A stretch of 40,460 bases of DNA from Campylobacterota bacterium (GTDB lineage: Bacteria > Campylobacterota > Campylobacteria > Campylobacterales > Sulfurimonadaceae). The DNA lies in NCBI GenBank assembly GCA_034661055.1, contig JAYEKO010000058.1, positions 1 through 40,460 of the forward strand, written 5' to 3'. The notes under the pieces are model-generated. The model was given only the letters and a program-made list of their open reading frames with translations, made no database searches and was not told where the DNA came from. The translations under genes were made by a program, and so were the position numbers. Every line of letters begins with the position of its first letter. Position 1 is the stretch's first letter. This document shows positions 28,629 to 38,564 of this stretch, in pieces.

Positions 28629-30131
28629 ATGGAACAGTTAAAACTTTTTATGCAACAACTCAAAGGCTCATTTAATGACCTTCTGCCCATTATAGTTGTT
28701 ATTGCATTTTTTCAAGCATTTATTTTGCAGCAGGTCCCTGAAGGACTCACTTCAATTGTCATTGGACTCTTTATTGTTGCAGTAGGGTTAGCACTTTTTA
28801 TTCAAGGTCTTGAAGTAGGAATCTTCCCAGTTGGAGAGAACTTAGCACATGAATTTGCAGCTAAAGGGTCTGTTTTTTGGCTCTTAGCGTTTGCTTTTCT
28901 TATGGGATTTTCTACCACTATTGCCGAACCTGCCCTCATAGCCATTGCCCAAAAAGCTTCTGTTATTAGTGATGGCCGTATTGATGCCTTTGTATTACGC
29001 ATTTGGGTGGCATTTTCAGTCGGTTTTGCCATAGCACTGGGTGCCTTTAGAATTCTTACTGGACATCCTATTGCCTACTACATTATTAGTGGCTACATCT
29101 TAGTTGTCGTATTGACACCTTTTGTCCCTGCTGAGATTGTCGGACTTGCATACGACTCGGGTGGAGTCACCACCTCAACCGTTACCGTACCTCTTGTTGC
29201 CGCTTTGGGAATTGGTCTTGCCTCTAGTATTCGTGGACGTAATCCTGTTATTGACGGCTTTGGGCTTATAGCTTTTGCATCACTCACACCGATGATTTTT
29301 GTACAAATTTATGGACTTTATGTTTACTCATTTGCTGACACTCAAACTCTACAGAGTGTTGCTGAAGTTGCAGCAGTAATGACACAAGAGGCAAGTGGTA
29401 TTTTTGAAGTCATCAAAAAACTGTTTTTTGAACTCTTAAGTGTGATTACTGACATCTTGCCTATCTTAGTTGTTATCTTCTTTTTTCAATACGCTATTAT
29501 TAAAAAAGCTGTTCCTAATCTACCTAAAATTATCATGGGAATTGTTTTGGTTATTTTAGGGCTTTACGCTTTTATTGTCGGTCTTGAGATGGGGCTTTTC
29601 CCTATTGGCGAGTCCATGGCAAAACAGTTGACTGAACAAGATAATGTACTTTACATCTATCTTTTTGCTTTTTTAATCGGTTTTTCTACAACCATGGCAG
29701 AACCGGCACTTTTAGCCATTGCTATGAAAGTCGAAGAAATCTCTGCTGGGAGTATTAAGCAAAAAATCTTACGAACTGTTGTTGCGATTGGTGTGGCTGC
29801 AGGTATTGCTCTAGGCGCATACCGAATTGTAAGCGGTGATCCTATTCACTACTACATTGTTGCAGGTTATATTGTAGTTATTATCTTTACATTTTTAGCA
29901 CCAAAATATATTGTACCCATTGCCTATGATTCCGGTGGAGTCACAACATCTACGGTTACGGTACCTTTGGTTGCTGCTTTAGGCTTGGGACTAGCCACCA
30001 ATATTGATGGTAGGAGTCCACTAATTGACGGCTTTGGGCTTATAGCCTTTGCCTCACTCTTTCCAATGATTACCGTACTGGGCTATGGAATTATTTCAGA
30101 ATTATCAGTTAAAAAAAAGGAGAATAAATGA
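28629..30131 (+). CDS. DUF1538 membrane protein (two tandem copies of the domain)
   Basis: TTxAEPAL, AYDSGGVTTSTVTVPLVAALG and IDGFGLIAFASL each occur twice. Confidence 0.92.
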   Translation: MEQLKLFMQQLKGSFNDLLPIIVVIAFFQAFILQQVPEGLTSIVIGLFIVAVGLALFIQGLEVGIFPVGENLAHEFAAKGSVFWLLAFAFLMGFSTTIAEPALIAIAQKASVISDGRIDAFVLRIWVAFSVGFAIALGAFRILTGHPIAYYIISGYILVVVLTPFVPAEIVGLAYDSGGVTTSTVTVPLVAALGIGLASSIRGRNPVIDGFGLIAFASLTPMIFVQIYGLYVYSFADTQTLQSVAEVAAVMTQEASGIFEVIKKLFFELLSVITDILPILVVIFFFQYAIIKKAVPNLPKIIMGIVLVILGLYAFIVGLEMGLFPIGESMAKQLTEQDNVLYIYLFAFLIGFSTTMAEPALLAIAMKVEEISAGSIKQKILRTVVAIGVAAGIALGAYRIVSGDPIHYYIVAGYIVVIIFTFLAPKYIVPIAYDSGGVTTSTVTVPLVAALGLGLATNIDGRSPLIDGFGLIAFASLFPMITVLGYGIISELSVKKKENK

Positions 30132-30475
30132 GATTTGCTATGCTAGTTGCCATTGTGGCAGATGAACTAGAGGATCAGGCTATTAATATTGCTAAAGAAA
30201 ATGGTGCCGGCGGAGTAACCATTACTAAAGCCAGCGGAATCGGTTTAAACGAGAAGAAAACTTTTTTTGGACTCACTTATGAGCGTGCTGAATCTGTCTT
30301 AATGTTCATGCTTGAAAAGAAGACCTCCCTTAAAGTGATGAAGGCTTTAAACCGAGAACTTGATCTTGAAAACTCTGGCCACGGCATGGTGGTTACGATG
30401 CCAATAGATCATATTGCAGGTATTCCTGAAAACCAACTAGAAAAATTCCAAGACCAGATAAAAACGGAGATATAA
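30128..30475 (+). CDS. PII-like (GlnB superfamily) regulator
   Basis: AKENGAGGVTI...GIG...FFGL, GHGMVVTMPI; 115 aa; coupled to DUF1538. Confidence 0.85.
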   Translation: MRFAMLVAIVADELEDQAINIAKENGAGGVTITKASGIGLNEKKTFFGLTYERAESVLMFMLEKKTSLKVMKALNRELDLENSGHGMVVTMPIDHIAGIPENQLEKFQDQIKTEI

Positions 30476-30477
30476 CT

Positions 30478-30891
30478 ATGAAACTAACACTCGTTAAAGA
30501 CGCAATGAAAAATAAAGAGAATGTCATTTCAATCTCACCATTTGCTAAAGTACGTGATGTACTTCAGGCTATGAAACGCAACAATGTTAAATCGGTAATT
30601 GTTGAGAAGACACATGAACATGATGCCTATGGAATTGTAACCTATTCAAATATTTTAAGTGCATTACTCTCCAATGATGGCGATATGGACCTTCTTAATG
30701 TTTATGATATTGCTTCAAAACCGCTCATACAAATTGGTCAGGAACTCGACATAAAATATGCAGCTAAAATGATGACTAATCATAAAGTCACACGTCTAAT
30801 TGTCACACATAATGGTGTTTTAGATGGTCTGTTAACTATGAATGATATTATGAAAGTTCTCTTGACCCAAGCCGAAGAAGACCTTCACTAA
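30478..30891 (+). CDS. Stand-alone CBS-pair protein
   Basis: VKDAM...YGIVTYSNI...IASKP...RLIV...GLLTMNDI. Confidence 0.88.
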   Translation: MKLTLVKDAMKNKENVISISPFAKVRDVLQAMKRNNVKSVIVEKTHEHDAYGIVTYSNILSALLSNDGDMDLLNVYDIASKPLIQIGQELDIKYAAKMMTNHKVTRLIVTHNGVLDGLLTMNDIMKVLLTQAEEDLH

Positions 30892-32672
30892 AGCAGATTT
30901 TTTTTCATCCAGTATGCGAGGGTATATAACCCCCATACATGGTGCTTAAAGCGTCCTTTTTTTCCCATATCAATATACTTTTTAAGAACATCATCCCTAA
31001 AGAATCCTATCTCTTTATTGACCTCAGTGATAAGTGCTATCTCATTTGATCTGGTAAGATACTCCATGTAGGGATTAGAAAACCCTTTTTTCTTTCTCGT
31101 AATGATGGAATCATTTAAATAGCTTTTTGCAATCTTCTTTAATACACTCTTGGTACCACTACTTCCAAGACGATCATTTACATGTAAATTAAAAACCTGC
31201 TCAACAAGTTTATGGTCTAAAAATGGTGTACGGGACTCTATAGAGTGCGCCATAGAAACACGATCTAGCTTGGTTAAAAAATGCTCTGCTTGAAAAATTT
31301 TTAGGTCAATATAGCTGTACCAAATGGTCTCATCATCTGAATAAGGACTATTTAGAAATTTCTCTCTATAAGGGTCTAGATATTGATACGCCTGATTATC
31401 TTTAATGTTCTTTTTAAAGAGCATATTTTTTTGTAAATCTGTAAACTTCTCTCCTGAGGTCCGAAATAGTAGCGTATCATTAAAAAGTCGTTTATACCAC
31501 TCCCATTCACGGTTCATAGAGAAATTTGAGCGAAAATATCTCTTTAACCAGTTTTTATTTTTAAGTTTTGAGAGCTGCTCAATATCATAATACTCTCGGT
31601 AGTGACGATAACCCAAGAATATCTCATCACTCCCCTCACCACTTAAAACCACTCTGTACCCCTCTTTTTTAATGGCCTCAAAAAGTAGATACAGCGGCAC
31701 ACTAGCAGGGTCATTAAGTGGTTCATCCATAGCATCAAACACTCTTGGTATCGCTTCTAAAAAATCACTCTGATTAATAATTAAAGAACGGTTGTTCACT
31801 CCCAAAAAGTTAGCTGTCTGGTCTGCATCGTCACACTCATCATAAGAAGCAAACTCATCATAACCCAAAGTAAAAGTGGTAAAATCTTTCACACTTTTTT
31901 GTGACATTGCTGCTATCATAGCGCTATCAATGCCACCTGAAAGAAGCGAGGCGATGGGAACATCAGCTTGTAGACGTAAATCAATGGACTCTTGCAGTAT
32001 CTTTTCAATACTTTGATTTTGTTTTGGTACTGAACTTAAAACATCATAATAGCTTTTTACATGTATATTGTTATTTTCATATTTAAGGTAGCTTCCAGGC
32101 TCCAGCTTACAGATGCCCTCATAAAAAGTGTGTGGTGCTGTCGGTGCTAAAAAACTTAAATAGCTCATCAAGGCATCATTGTTCATTCTAATATGTTTTA
32201 AAAAGGGTCTAATCGCTTTAATTTCAGATGCAAAAACAAACATATCTGCATGGCAATAATAATAGAGTGGTTTTTTTCCAAAACGATCACGAAAAAGATA
32301 GAGTGTTTCATCATCTAAAATAGCTATGGCAAACATACCTCTTAAATGGTTCACAAAATCTACACCATATTGCAGGTATGCAGCCAGTATAACTTCTGTA
32401 TCGCTTTGTGTTGTAAAATTGTAATTAAGAGACTCCCGAAGCTCTTTATAGTTGTAAATTTCTCCATTAAAACTCAAAAAAGTGTTCTTGTGTTGAAATG
32501 GTTGGTGAGAGCGTGAACCAACATCTATAATACTTAGTCGGTTATGCGCAAAAAAAAGTCTCTCTTTCTCTATGACACTACAGTAATCTGGGCCGCGATG
32601 CTGCATTGTTGAAAGTGCTACTCTAGCATCATTGCTACAGTACCCTCCAATCACTCCAAATATGGCACACAT
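30888..32672 (-). CDS. asnB: Asparagine synthase (glutamine-hydrolyzing) family amidotransferase
   Basis: N-terminal M-C (MCAIFG, ATG 32672), HRGPD, RLSIID, FNGEIYN, LSGGIDS, SGEGSDE, ESRTPFLD. Confidence 0.9.
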   Translation of the reverse strand: MCAIFGVIGGYCSNDARVALSTMQHRGPDYCSVIEKERLFFAHNRLSIIDVGSRSHQPFQHKNTFLSFNGEIYNYKELRESLNYNFTTQSDTEVILAAYLQYGVDFVNHLRGMFAIAILDDETLYLFRDRFGKKPLYYYCHADMFVFASEIKAIRPFLKHIRMNNDALMSYLSFLAPTAPHTFYEGICKLEPGSYLKYENNNIHVKSYYDVLSSVPKQNQSIEKILQESIDLRLQADVPIASLLSGGIDSAMIAAMSQKSVKDFTTFTLGYDEFASYDECDDADQTANFLGVNNRSLIINQSDFLEAIPRVFDAMDEPLNDPASVPLYLLFEAIKKEGYRVVLSGEGSDEIFLGYRHYREYYDIEQLSKLKNKNWLKRYFRSNFSMNREWEWYKRLFNDTLLFRTSGEKFTDLQKNMLFKKNIKDNQAYQYLDPYREKFLNSPYSDDETIWYSYIDLKIFQAEHFLTKLDRVSMAHSIESRTPFLDHKLVEQVFNLHVNDRLGSSGTKSVLKKIAKSYLNDSIITRKKKGFSNPYMEYLTRSNEIALITEVNKEIGFFRDDVLKKYIDMGKKGRFKHHVWGLYTLAYWMKKNLL

Positions 32673-32895
32673 TATAAAATGCCCTCTTGTAAACAACACT
32701 GCAGAGCCTTAAAACTTTTAACATATCTCTTTAATAAGCTCAAGTAGAATTTTTTGTTATCGATGTTCATGTCATTATTATAGACAAAAATAGCCTAAAA
32801 CAGCACAATTACTCCATGAAAAACACACTTTCAGTGCTATTTAATAGAAACAAACATACAATAAATAAATTATCTCCACATCTCAAGGATTTTAA

Positions 32896-33576
32896 ATGAG
32901 AATACTTTTATCAATACTAATGGTGCTTGGTGTCATTGGATTTACAGGCTGTACATGTCAGCAACCTACTATTAATGTCAAATCTGCTGGTCAAAAAGTA
33001 GATCTTTACTCGGCTGCTGCAATGGCTGCAGATGAACTTTTAACGTGTGAAGTACTTCAGGAGAACAAGTCAACACCAATTGTTCTTACCTCATTAGTTA
33101 ATGTTCATAAGTTCCAAGAGACATCAGATTTTGGACGTCTTTTTAGTGAGACACTTCTAAGTGAGATTAGTAAACGTGGCTATAACGTCATTGATTATCG
33201 TGGTGAAAATGTCATTATTCAGAGACAAAAAGGTGAATTTTACCTAAAGCGTAGAGCAAGTGAAGTTAAAAAATACTCAAGTGCTTTAGTTCTTGTGGGA
33301 ACCTATGGAAAATATAATAGTGGCGTAGCCGTTAACACACGACTGCTAGACCATAGCAATACGGTTCAATCGTCATCAAACCTACAGTTGGCAAACAGTG
33401 AACTTCTAACAATGACAAACAAAGACGGTTGTGACTACCTAGGATGTTGTGCTATGGGTGGGTGTGAAAAGCCACCTGTAAAAGTAACTGTAGAACCACC
33501 ATTTTTTGTTAAGATAGTTGAAGATGACTGCAAGGCTCCAAATGAGTGCTGCAATGAACCTGGCTGCGTAAAGTAA
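32896..33576 (+). CDS. FlgO-domain lipoprotein with Cys-rich C-terminus
   Basis: Lipobox FTGC; IVLTSLVN...TSDFGRLFSE...GEFYL.R...VLVGTY. Confidence 0.8.
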   Translation: MRILLSILMVLGVIGFTGCTCQQPTINVKSAGQKVDLYSAAAMAADELLTCEVLQENKSTPIVLTSLVNVHKFQETSDFGRLFSETLLSEISKRGYNVIDYRGENVIIQRQKGEFYLKRRASEVKKYSSALVLVGTYGKYNSGVAVNTRLLDHSNTVQSSSNLQLANSELLTMTNKDGCDYLGCCAMGGCEKPPVKVTVEPPFFVKIVEDDCKAPNECCNEPGCVK

Positions 33577-33586
33577 GGATAGGACT

Positions 33587-34195
33587 ATGAAAAAAAGTTT
33601 AATTACACTACTGCTTGCAGTGCTTACACTCTCTAGTTTTAGTGGGTGCACCAGCGCTTTAAGTCCTCAGACACTAACAAAGAAGAATTGTAGCACTAAT
33701 GCCATCTCGACAAAGAAGTTTTATGATGTTCACATTAGCTACAATGGAGTTATGGACGAGGCAATTGATTCACTATTGTCCTCACCATTTAACACTGATG
33801 AGACAAATAAAGATAAGTTGCAAGCAGGTGAGCAGATTCTTGTCACTGACTTTGTTGATACAACATCATTAGAGAACAACTCAAAATTTGGTTTTGTGCT
33901 ATCAAACAACCTCAAAGACTCCCTGATTAACAAGCACAGTTTCAAAGTTATTGAAGCAGAAGTCTCTAAATATTTCAAAATCTCAGGCAATGGCCTTAAA
34001 ATTCTCTCAAGAGACTCTGATAATATGAGAAAAACAACGCTAAAAGTAACGCGTGTTGTCGCTGGTACTTATACATATACAGATGAAGAACTTGTTATTT
34101 TTGTTAAACTTATTAACTTAAAAACCGGCATTATAGAGGGCTCTTATGCACGAACATTGCCAATGACGTGTGAAGTCATGGAGATGCTTCACTAG
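33587..34195 (+). CDS. FlgO-domain lipoprotein
   Basis: Lipobox FSGC; ILVTDFVD...SKFGFVLS...ILSRD...VVAGTY. Confidence 0.8.
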   Translation: MKKSLITLLLAVLTLSSFSGCTSALSPQTLTKKNCSTNAISTKKFYDVHISYNGVMDEAIDSLLSSPFNTDETNKDKLQAGEQILVTDFVDTTSLENNSKFGFVLSNNLKDSLINKHSFKVIEAEVSKYFKISGNGLKILSRDSDNMRKTTLKVTRVVAGTYTYTDEELVIFVKLINLKTGIIEGSYARTLPMTCEVMEMLH

Positions 34196-34201
34196 TTACT
34201 T

Positions 34202-34231
34202 TTTATGCGCTTTAAGTTAAAAGCGCATAAA
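34202..34231. terminator. Perfect 12-bp stem hairpin between the FlgO-like genes and the histidine kinase
   Basis: TTTATGCGCTTT-aagtta-AAAGCGCATAAA. Confidence 0.6.
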
Positions 34232-34242
34232 GATGAAATTCA

Positions 34243-35916
34243 ATGAATCGATACGCCACTACAGACCTTACTAAGCGTACTCAAGCCACAAAATACAACT
34301 TTATAGTCTATTCCTCTTTATTAGCATCTGTTTTGATGTCTTTATTTGGAGTGTATCATCTAGTTCAAAATACTTATTTCATAAGCTTTGTAGAACTTTT
34401 TTCAATATTTTTTTTATTGGCTAATCTACTCTATCTCAAGCAGTCAAAAAATATTTCACTATCTGGAGAGTTTTTTTTAGGCATAACTTCCATAAGCAGT
34501 CTAATAATTTTCACTAATGGAGGGCATGATAACACAGGGTATATCTGGGTTATCCTCTTCCCTCTTGTTGCATTTTACTTACAGGGAAAGCATCATGGAC
34601 TACTTTGGATACTTTCTCACTTTCTAACTCTCATTGTACTCTGCTATTTTATTGACTCCAAGGTATTACAAACTGACTACACCTATGCACTTATGCAGCA
34701 GACTGCTTTTGCCTATATTGTCATTGTTATCTTAGCTTATTTAAATGAAAAACTAAAAGATATCAATTACCAATATGCACTCAACTCACACAATGAGATC
34801 ACATCAGTGCTCGATAATATGCAAGACACATTCTACAGAACTGATGCAACCTACTATATTAATGCAATAACACCCTCAGTACATGCACTTCTTGGATATC
34901 ACAGCTATGAGCTGACAGGACACTCTTTAATTAATCTTCTAACAATCAAGGATGAGAGAGAGTATTTTAATGCCATACTTGATAAAAATTCTGGTCACAT
35001 TAAAAATTTAGAACTTCAAGTTACACATAAAAATGGAAGCAGTATCTGGATTTTAGTTAATGCCCATAGGTACTATAGCTCATCCAATGAAGAGGTAGGA
35101 ATTGAAGGGACACTTAAAGATATTAGCGAACAGAAACATTATCAGGTAGAACTTATTAAACTCAACGAACTTCAAGAAGAGCGTATCAATAATGGGGTTA
35201 AGCAGTTACGTAAAAAAGATGAATTGATGCTACAGCAAGCTAAAATGGCACAGATGGGTGAGATGATAAGCATGATTGCTCATCAATGGAGACAACCACT
35301 AGCCACCATAAGTGCTATAACACAAAACCTCAGTATCTCCGCTATGCTAAAAGAGCCCATTAGTAACGATTTACTCAATGAAAAACTTTCAAGTGTCAAC
35401 TCTCATGTGACAATGCTCTCCGAGACTATTGATGATTTTAGAAACTTTTTTAGACCCGATAAAGAGAAGAATAGTGTCAAACTAAATAATTTGATTCATA
35501 AAGCGCTTGATGTTTTAGAGAGTTCTTTAAATAAGCACCCCATAGAACTAACACTAGACCTAAACCTTGCACAACCTGTCATGAGCTTTCAAAATGAACT
35601 CCTGCAAGTTCTTATTAATCTTATTGGCAATGCTATTGATGCTTTTGATGATAAGCAAGTTTCTAAACAGATTATAATCAGATCTTTTTTACGTGAAGAG
35701 ACAGCTACCATTACAGTATCAGATAATGCCGGAGGTATTCAAGAAGAGAGTATTGATGCTATTTTTGAACCTTATTTCTCAACAAAAGAGACAAAAAATG
35801 GAACAGGGCTAGGTCTATATATGTCAAAGCTAATTGTTGAAGAGCATTGCCAAGGAAGTTTGAGTGCCACAAACAGTGAGAATGGTGCGATTTTCACGTT
35901 GACACTTCCAGCTTAA
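34243..35916 (+). CDS. Membrane sensor histidine kinase with PAS domain
   Basis: N-terminal multi-TM region, PAS/PAC, H-box MIAHQWRQPL, NLIGNAIDA, DNAGGI, GTGLGLY. Confidence 0.95.
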   Translation: MNRYATTDLTKRTQATKYNFIVYSSLLASVLMSLFGVYHLVQNTYFISFVELFSIFFLLANLLYLKQSKNISLSGEFFLGITSISSLIIFTNGGHDNTGYIWVILFPLVAFYLQGKHHGLLWILSHFLTLIVLCYFIDSKVLQTDYTYALMQQTAFAYIVIVILAYLNEKLKDINYQYALNSHNEITSVLDNMQDTFYRTDATYYINAITPSVHALLGYHSYELTGHSLINLLTIKDEREYFNAILDKNSGHIKNLELQVTHKNGSSIWILVNAHRYYSSSNEEVGIEGTLKDISEQKHYQVELIKLNELQEERINNGVKQLRKKDELMLQQAKMAQMGEMISMIAHQWRQPLATISAITQNLSISAMLKEPISNDLLNEKLSSVNSHVTMLSETIDDFRNFFRPDKEKNSVKLNNLIHKALDVLESSLNKHPIELTLDLNLAQPVMSFQNELLQVLINLIGNAIDAFDDKQVSKQIIIRSFLREETATITVSDNAGGIQEESIDAIFEPYFSTKETKNGTGLGLYMSKLIVEEHCQGSLSATNSENGAIFTLTLPA

Positions 35917-35951
35917 CTTTACTATGCTAAAATAAATAAAAAAGTATTTAT

Positions 35952-36911
35952 ATGAAACGATTTGCCCTAATTGGAGCTGCTGGTTACATTGCACCACGAC
36001 ACATGAAAGCCATTAAAGAGACTGGAAATGATTTAGTCGCTGCCTTAGATCCCTATGATGGAATAGGTATCATGGACAGTAACTTTCCACAAGCCTCATT
36101 TTTTACAGAGTTTGAGCGATTTGATAGATTTATAGACAAATGGCATCGAGAGAATGAGAGAAGAATTGAGTATATATCTATAGCAAGTCCAAACTACCTA
36201 CATGACTCTCATATAAGATTTGCTCTTAAAAGCGGATGTGATGCTATTTGTGAAAAACCACTTGTACTTAACCCCCATAACCTTGAGCAATTGAAGATAA
36301 TAGAACGTGAAACAGGGAAAAAAGTAAACACAATTTTACAGCTTCGACTCCATCCATCTATTATTGCTCTAAAAAAACAAGTAAGTAAAGAACTCGAAAA
36401 AAATCCCAATAAAATATATGATATCGACTTAACCTACCTAACGAGCAGAGGTAAATGGTATTTTGTATCATGGAAAGGCGATACGTCAAAGTCAGGTGGT
36501 ATTGCTTCAAATATAGGGGTACACTTTTACGATATGCTCTCTTGGATATTTGGAGAAGTAGAAGAGAATGTTGTACATGTAAAAACAGCAGATGCTAATG
36601 CAGGCCGACTCAAACTAAAAAATGCCAACGTCAACTGGTTCTTGTCTGTAAACTATGACTATCTGCCAAAAGAGGTAAAAGAGAGAGGACAAACAACGTT
36701 TAGAAGCATAACTGTTGAGGGTGAGGAGATTGAATTTTCTGGTGGATTTAAAGATTTACATACACTAAGTTATGAACAGATTTTAAAGGGTAATGGCTTT
36801 AGTCTTGATGATGCTTATGGTTCTATAGATATAGTCTCTCAAATTAGAACAATAGAGCCTATTGGTCTTAAAGGTAATTATCATCCATTTGCAAAAAAGG
36901 TAGTAAACTAA
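35952..36911 (+). CDS. wbpB: UDP-GlcNAcA 3-dehydrogenase (Gfo/Idh/MocA family)
   Basis: [44 protein letters not shown]. Confidence 0.88.
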   Translation: MKRFALIGAAGYIAPRHMKAIKETGNDLVAALDPYDGIGIMDSNFPQASFFTEFERFDRFIDKWHRENERRIEYISIASPNYLHDSHIRFALKSGCDAICEKPLVLNPHNLEQLKIIERETGKKVNTILQLRLHPSIIALKKQVSKELEKNPNKIYDIDLTYLTSRGKWYFVSWKGDTSKSGGIASNIGVHFYDMLSWIFGEVEENVVHVKTADANAGRLKLKNANVNWFLSVNYDYLPKEVKERGQTTFRSITVEGEEIEFSGGFKDLHTLSYEQILKGNGFSLDDAYGSIDIVSQIRTIEPIGLKGNYHPFAKKVVN

Positions 36912-36912
36912 T

Positions 36913-37482
36913 ATGTCACCGTTCTTTGTTCATGAGTCAAGCTTTGTAGATAGCGATGTAACCGTGGGTGATAATACAAAAATATGGCACTTTTCACATA
37001 TACTCTCAGGTTCTACAATCGGAGAAAAGTGTTCTTTTGGACAAAACTGCGTTGCAGGACCAAATGTCACCATAGGAGATGGTGTTAAAGTTCAAAACAA
37101 TGTCTCTATCTACGAAGGGGTCACGATTGAAGATGACGTATTCTTGGGTCCTTCTATGGTTTTTACTAACGTCATTAACCCAAGAAGCTTTATTGTACGT
37201 AAAGAGGAGTTTAAACCAACACTTTTAAAACGGGGATGTTCTGTTGGTGCTAATGCTACCATTATTTGTGGTGTCACCATTGGAGAATATGCACTGATTG
37301 GTTCTGGTTGTGTTATTAACACAGATGTAAAACCATACGCTTTAATGGTCGGAGTTCCTGCCAAACAGATAGGTTGGGTGGGCATCTCTGGAAACACTTT
37401 AAATTTCAATAATACGATGGCAGAAGATGAATTTGCTAGCTATAAAGAGATTGATGGTGCCTTAGAGGTGACTCTTAAATGA
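36913..37482 (+). CDS. wbpD: Hexapeptide-repeat N-acetyltransferase (UDP-GlcNAc3NA)
   Basis: [45 protein letters not shown]. Confidence 0.88.
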   Translation: MSPFFVHESSFVDSDVTVGDNTKIWHFSHILSGSTIGEKCSFGQNCVAGPNVTIGDGVKVQNNVSIYEGVTIEDDVFLGPSMVFTNVINPRSFIVRKEEFKPTLLKRGCSVGANATIICGVTIGEYALIGSGCVINTDVKPYALMVGVPAKQIGWVGISGNTLNFNNTMAEDEFASYKEIDGALEVTLK

Positions 37483-38564
37483 CAATAGACTTTGCAAATT
37501 TACAGTATCAGTATCAACGCTACAAAAATGAGATTGATGATGCGATCAAAAAAGTTTTAAACCAATCCAACTACATCATGGGAAGCGAAGTTCAAGAGCT
37601 TGAAAAAGAGTTAGAACAGTTCACCAATGCCAATTATGCAATTACATGTAGTTCTGGAACCGATGCTTTACTTTTAGCCATGATGGCCCTTGATATTAAA
37701 CCAGGCGATGAGATTATTACTACCCCTTTTACTTTTATTGCTACCGCAGAAACCATTGCTTTAATGGGGGCTAAACCCGTATTTGTAGATATTAATGAAA
37801 GAACTTACAATATTGATATTTCTAAAATAGAAGAAAAGATTACTAACAAAACAAAAGCCATTATACCCGTCAGCCTCTACGGCCAACCAGCAGACATGGA
37901 TTCCATACAGACAATAGCGAATAAACATAATTTAAAAATAATCATTGATGGAGCGCAGAGCTTTGGAAGCACCTACAAAGGGAAAACTGATAGCAACTTA
38001 GGTGATATCTCAACAACAAGCTTTTTTCCAGCAAAACCTCTAGGATGTTTTGGGGATGGTGGAGCTATTTTTACTAACGATGAGGTATTGGCTAATAAAA
38101 TAAAAAGTTTAAGAGTTCATGGGCAAGACAGACGCTATCATCATAAGTACATTGGGATGGGTGGACGGCTTGACACCATTCAAGCTGCTATTTTACATGT
38201 AAAACTTAAATATTATCACAAAGACTTAGCACTTCGTCAGAAAGTTGCAGGTAAATATACTCAGGCACTTCAAAACAAGAATTTGATTTTACCTTATGTA
38301 GATGAAAAGACTACATCTGCATTTGCGCAGTACAGCATTCGAGTTAAAAATAGGGACGAGTTACAAGCACAACTAAAAGGAAAAGGCGTACCGACAGCAG
38401 TTCACTACCCAATGCCATTACACCTTCAAGAGTGTTTTACATACTTAGGGTACAAAAAGGGTAACTTCCCTATTGCTGAAATGGTGAGTCAAGAGATTAT
38501 GAGTTTACCGATGAATCCTTATGTTAGTGATGAAGAGATTTCATATATTGCAGAGCATTTATGA
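37479..38564 (+). CDS. wbpE: DegT/DnrJ/EryC1/StrS aminotransferase
   Basis: [38 protein letters not shown]; context with wbpB and wbpD. Confidence 0.85.
   Translation: MTIDFANLQYQYQRYKNEIDDAIKKVLNQSNYIMGSEVQELEKELEQFTNANYAITCSSGTDALLLAMMALDIKPGDEIITTPFTFIATAETIALMGAKPVFVDINERTYNIDISKIEEKITNKTKAIIPVSLYGQPADMDSIQTIANKHNLKIIIDGAQSFGSTYKGKTDSNLGDISTTSFFPAKPLGCFGDGGAIFTNDEVLANKIKSLRVHGQDRRYHHKYIGMGGRLDTIQAAILHVKLKYYHKDLALRQKVAGKYTQALQNKNLILPYVDEKTTSAFAQYSIRVKNRDELQAQLKGKGVPTAVHYPMPLHLQECFTYLGYKKGNFPIAEMVSQEIMSLPMNPYVSDEEISYIAEHL

Noticed and set aside
29250..30046. 23-nt direct repeat as an att site or mobile-element boundary
   Set aside because: Both copies encode the same conserved motif (IDGFGLIA) of the duplicated DUF1538 domain; no integrase nearby
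32700..32895. Sigma-54 or sigma-28 promoter for the FlgO-like genes
   Set aside because: No convincing GG-N10-GC or TAAA-N15-CCGAT match; only a TACAAT -10-like hexamer
33528..33570. Resemblance of ECCNEPGC to conotoxin or heat-stable enterotoxin motifs
   Set aside because: Too short to imply homology and it is part of a lipoprotein tail; kept only as a Cys-rich motif
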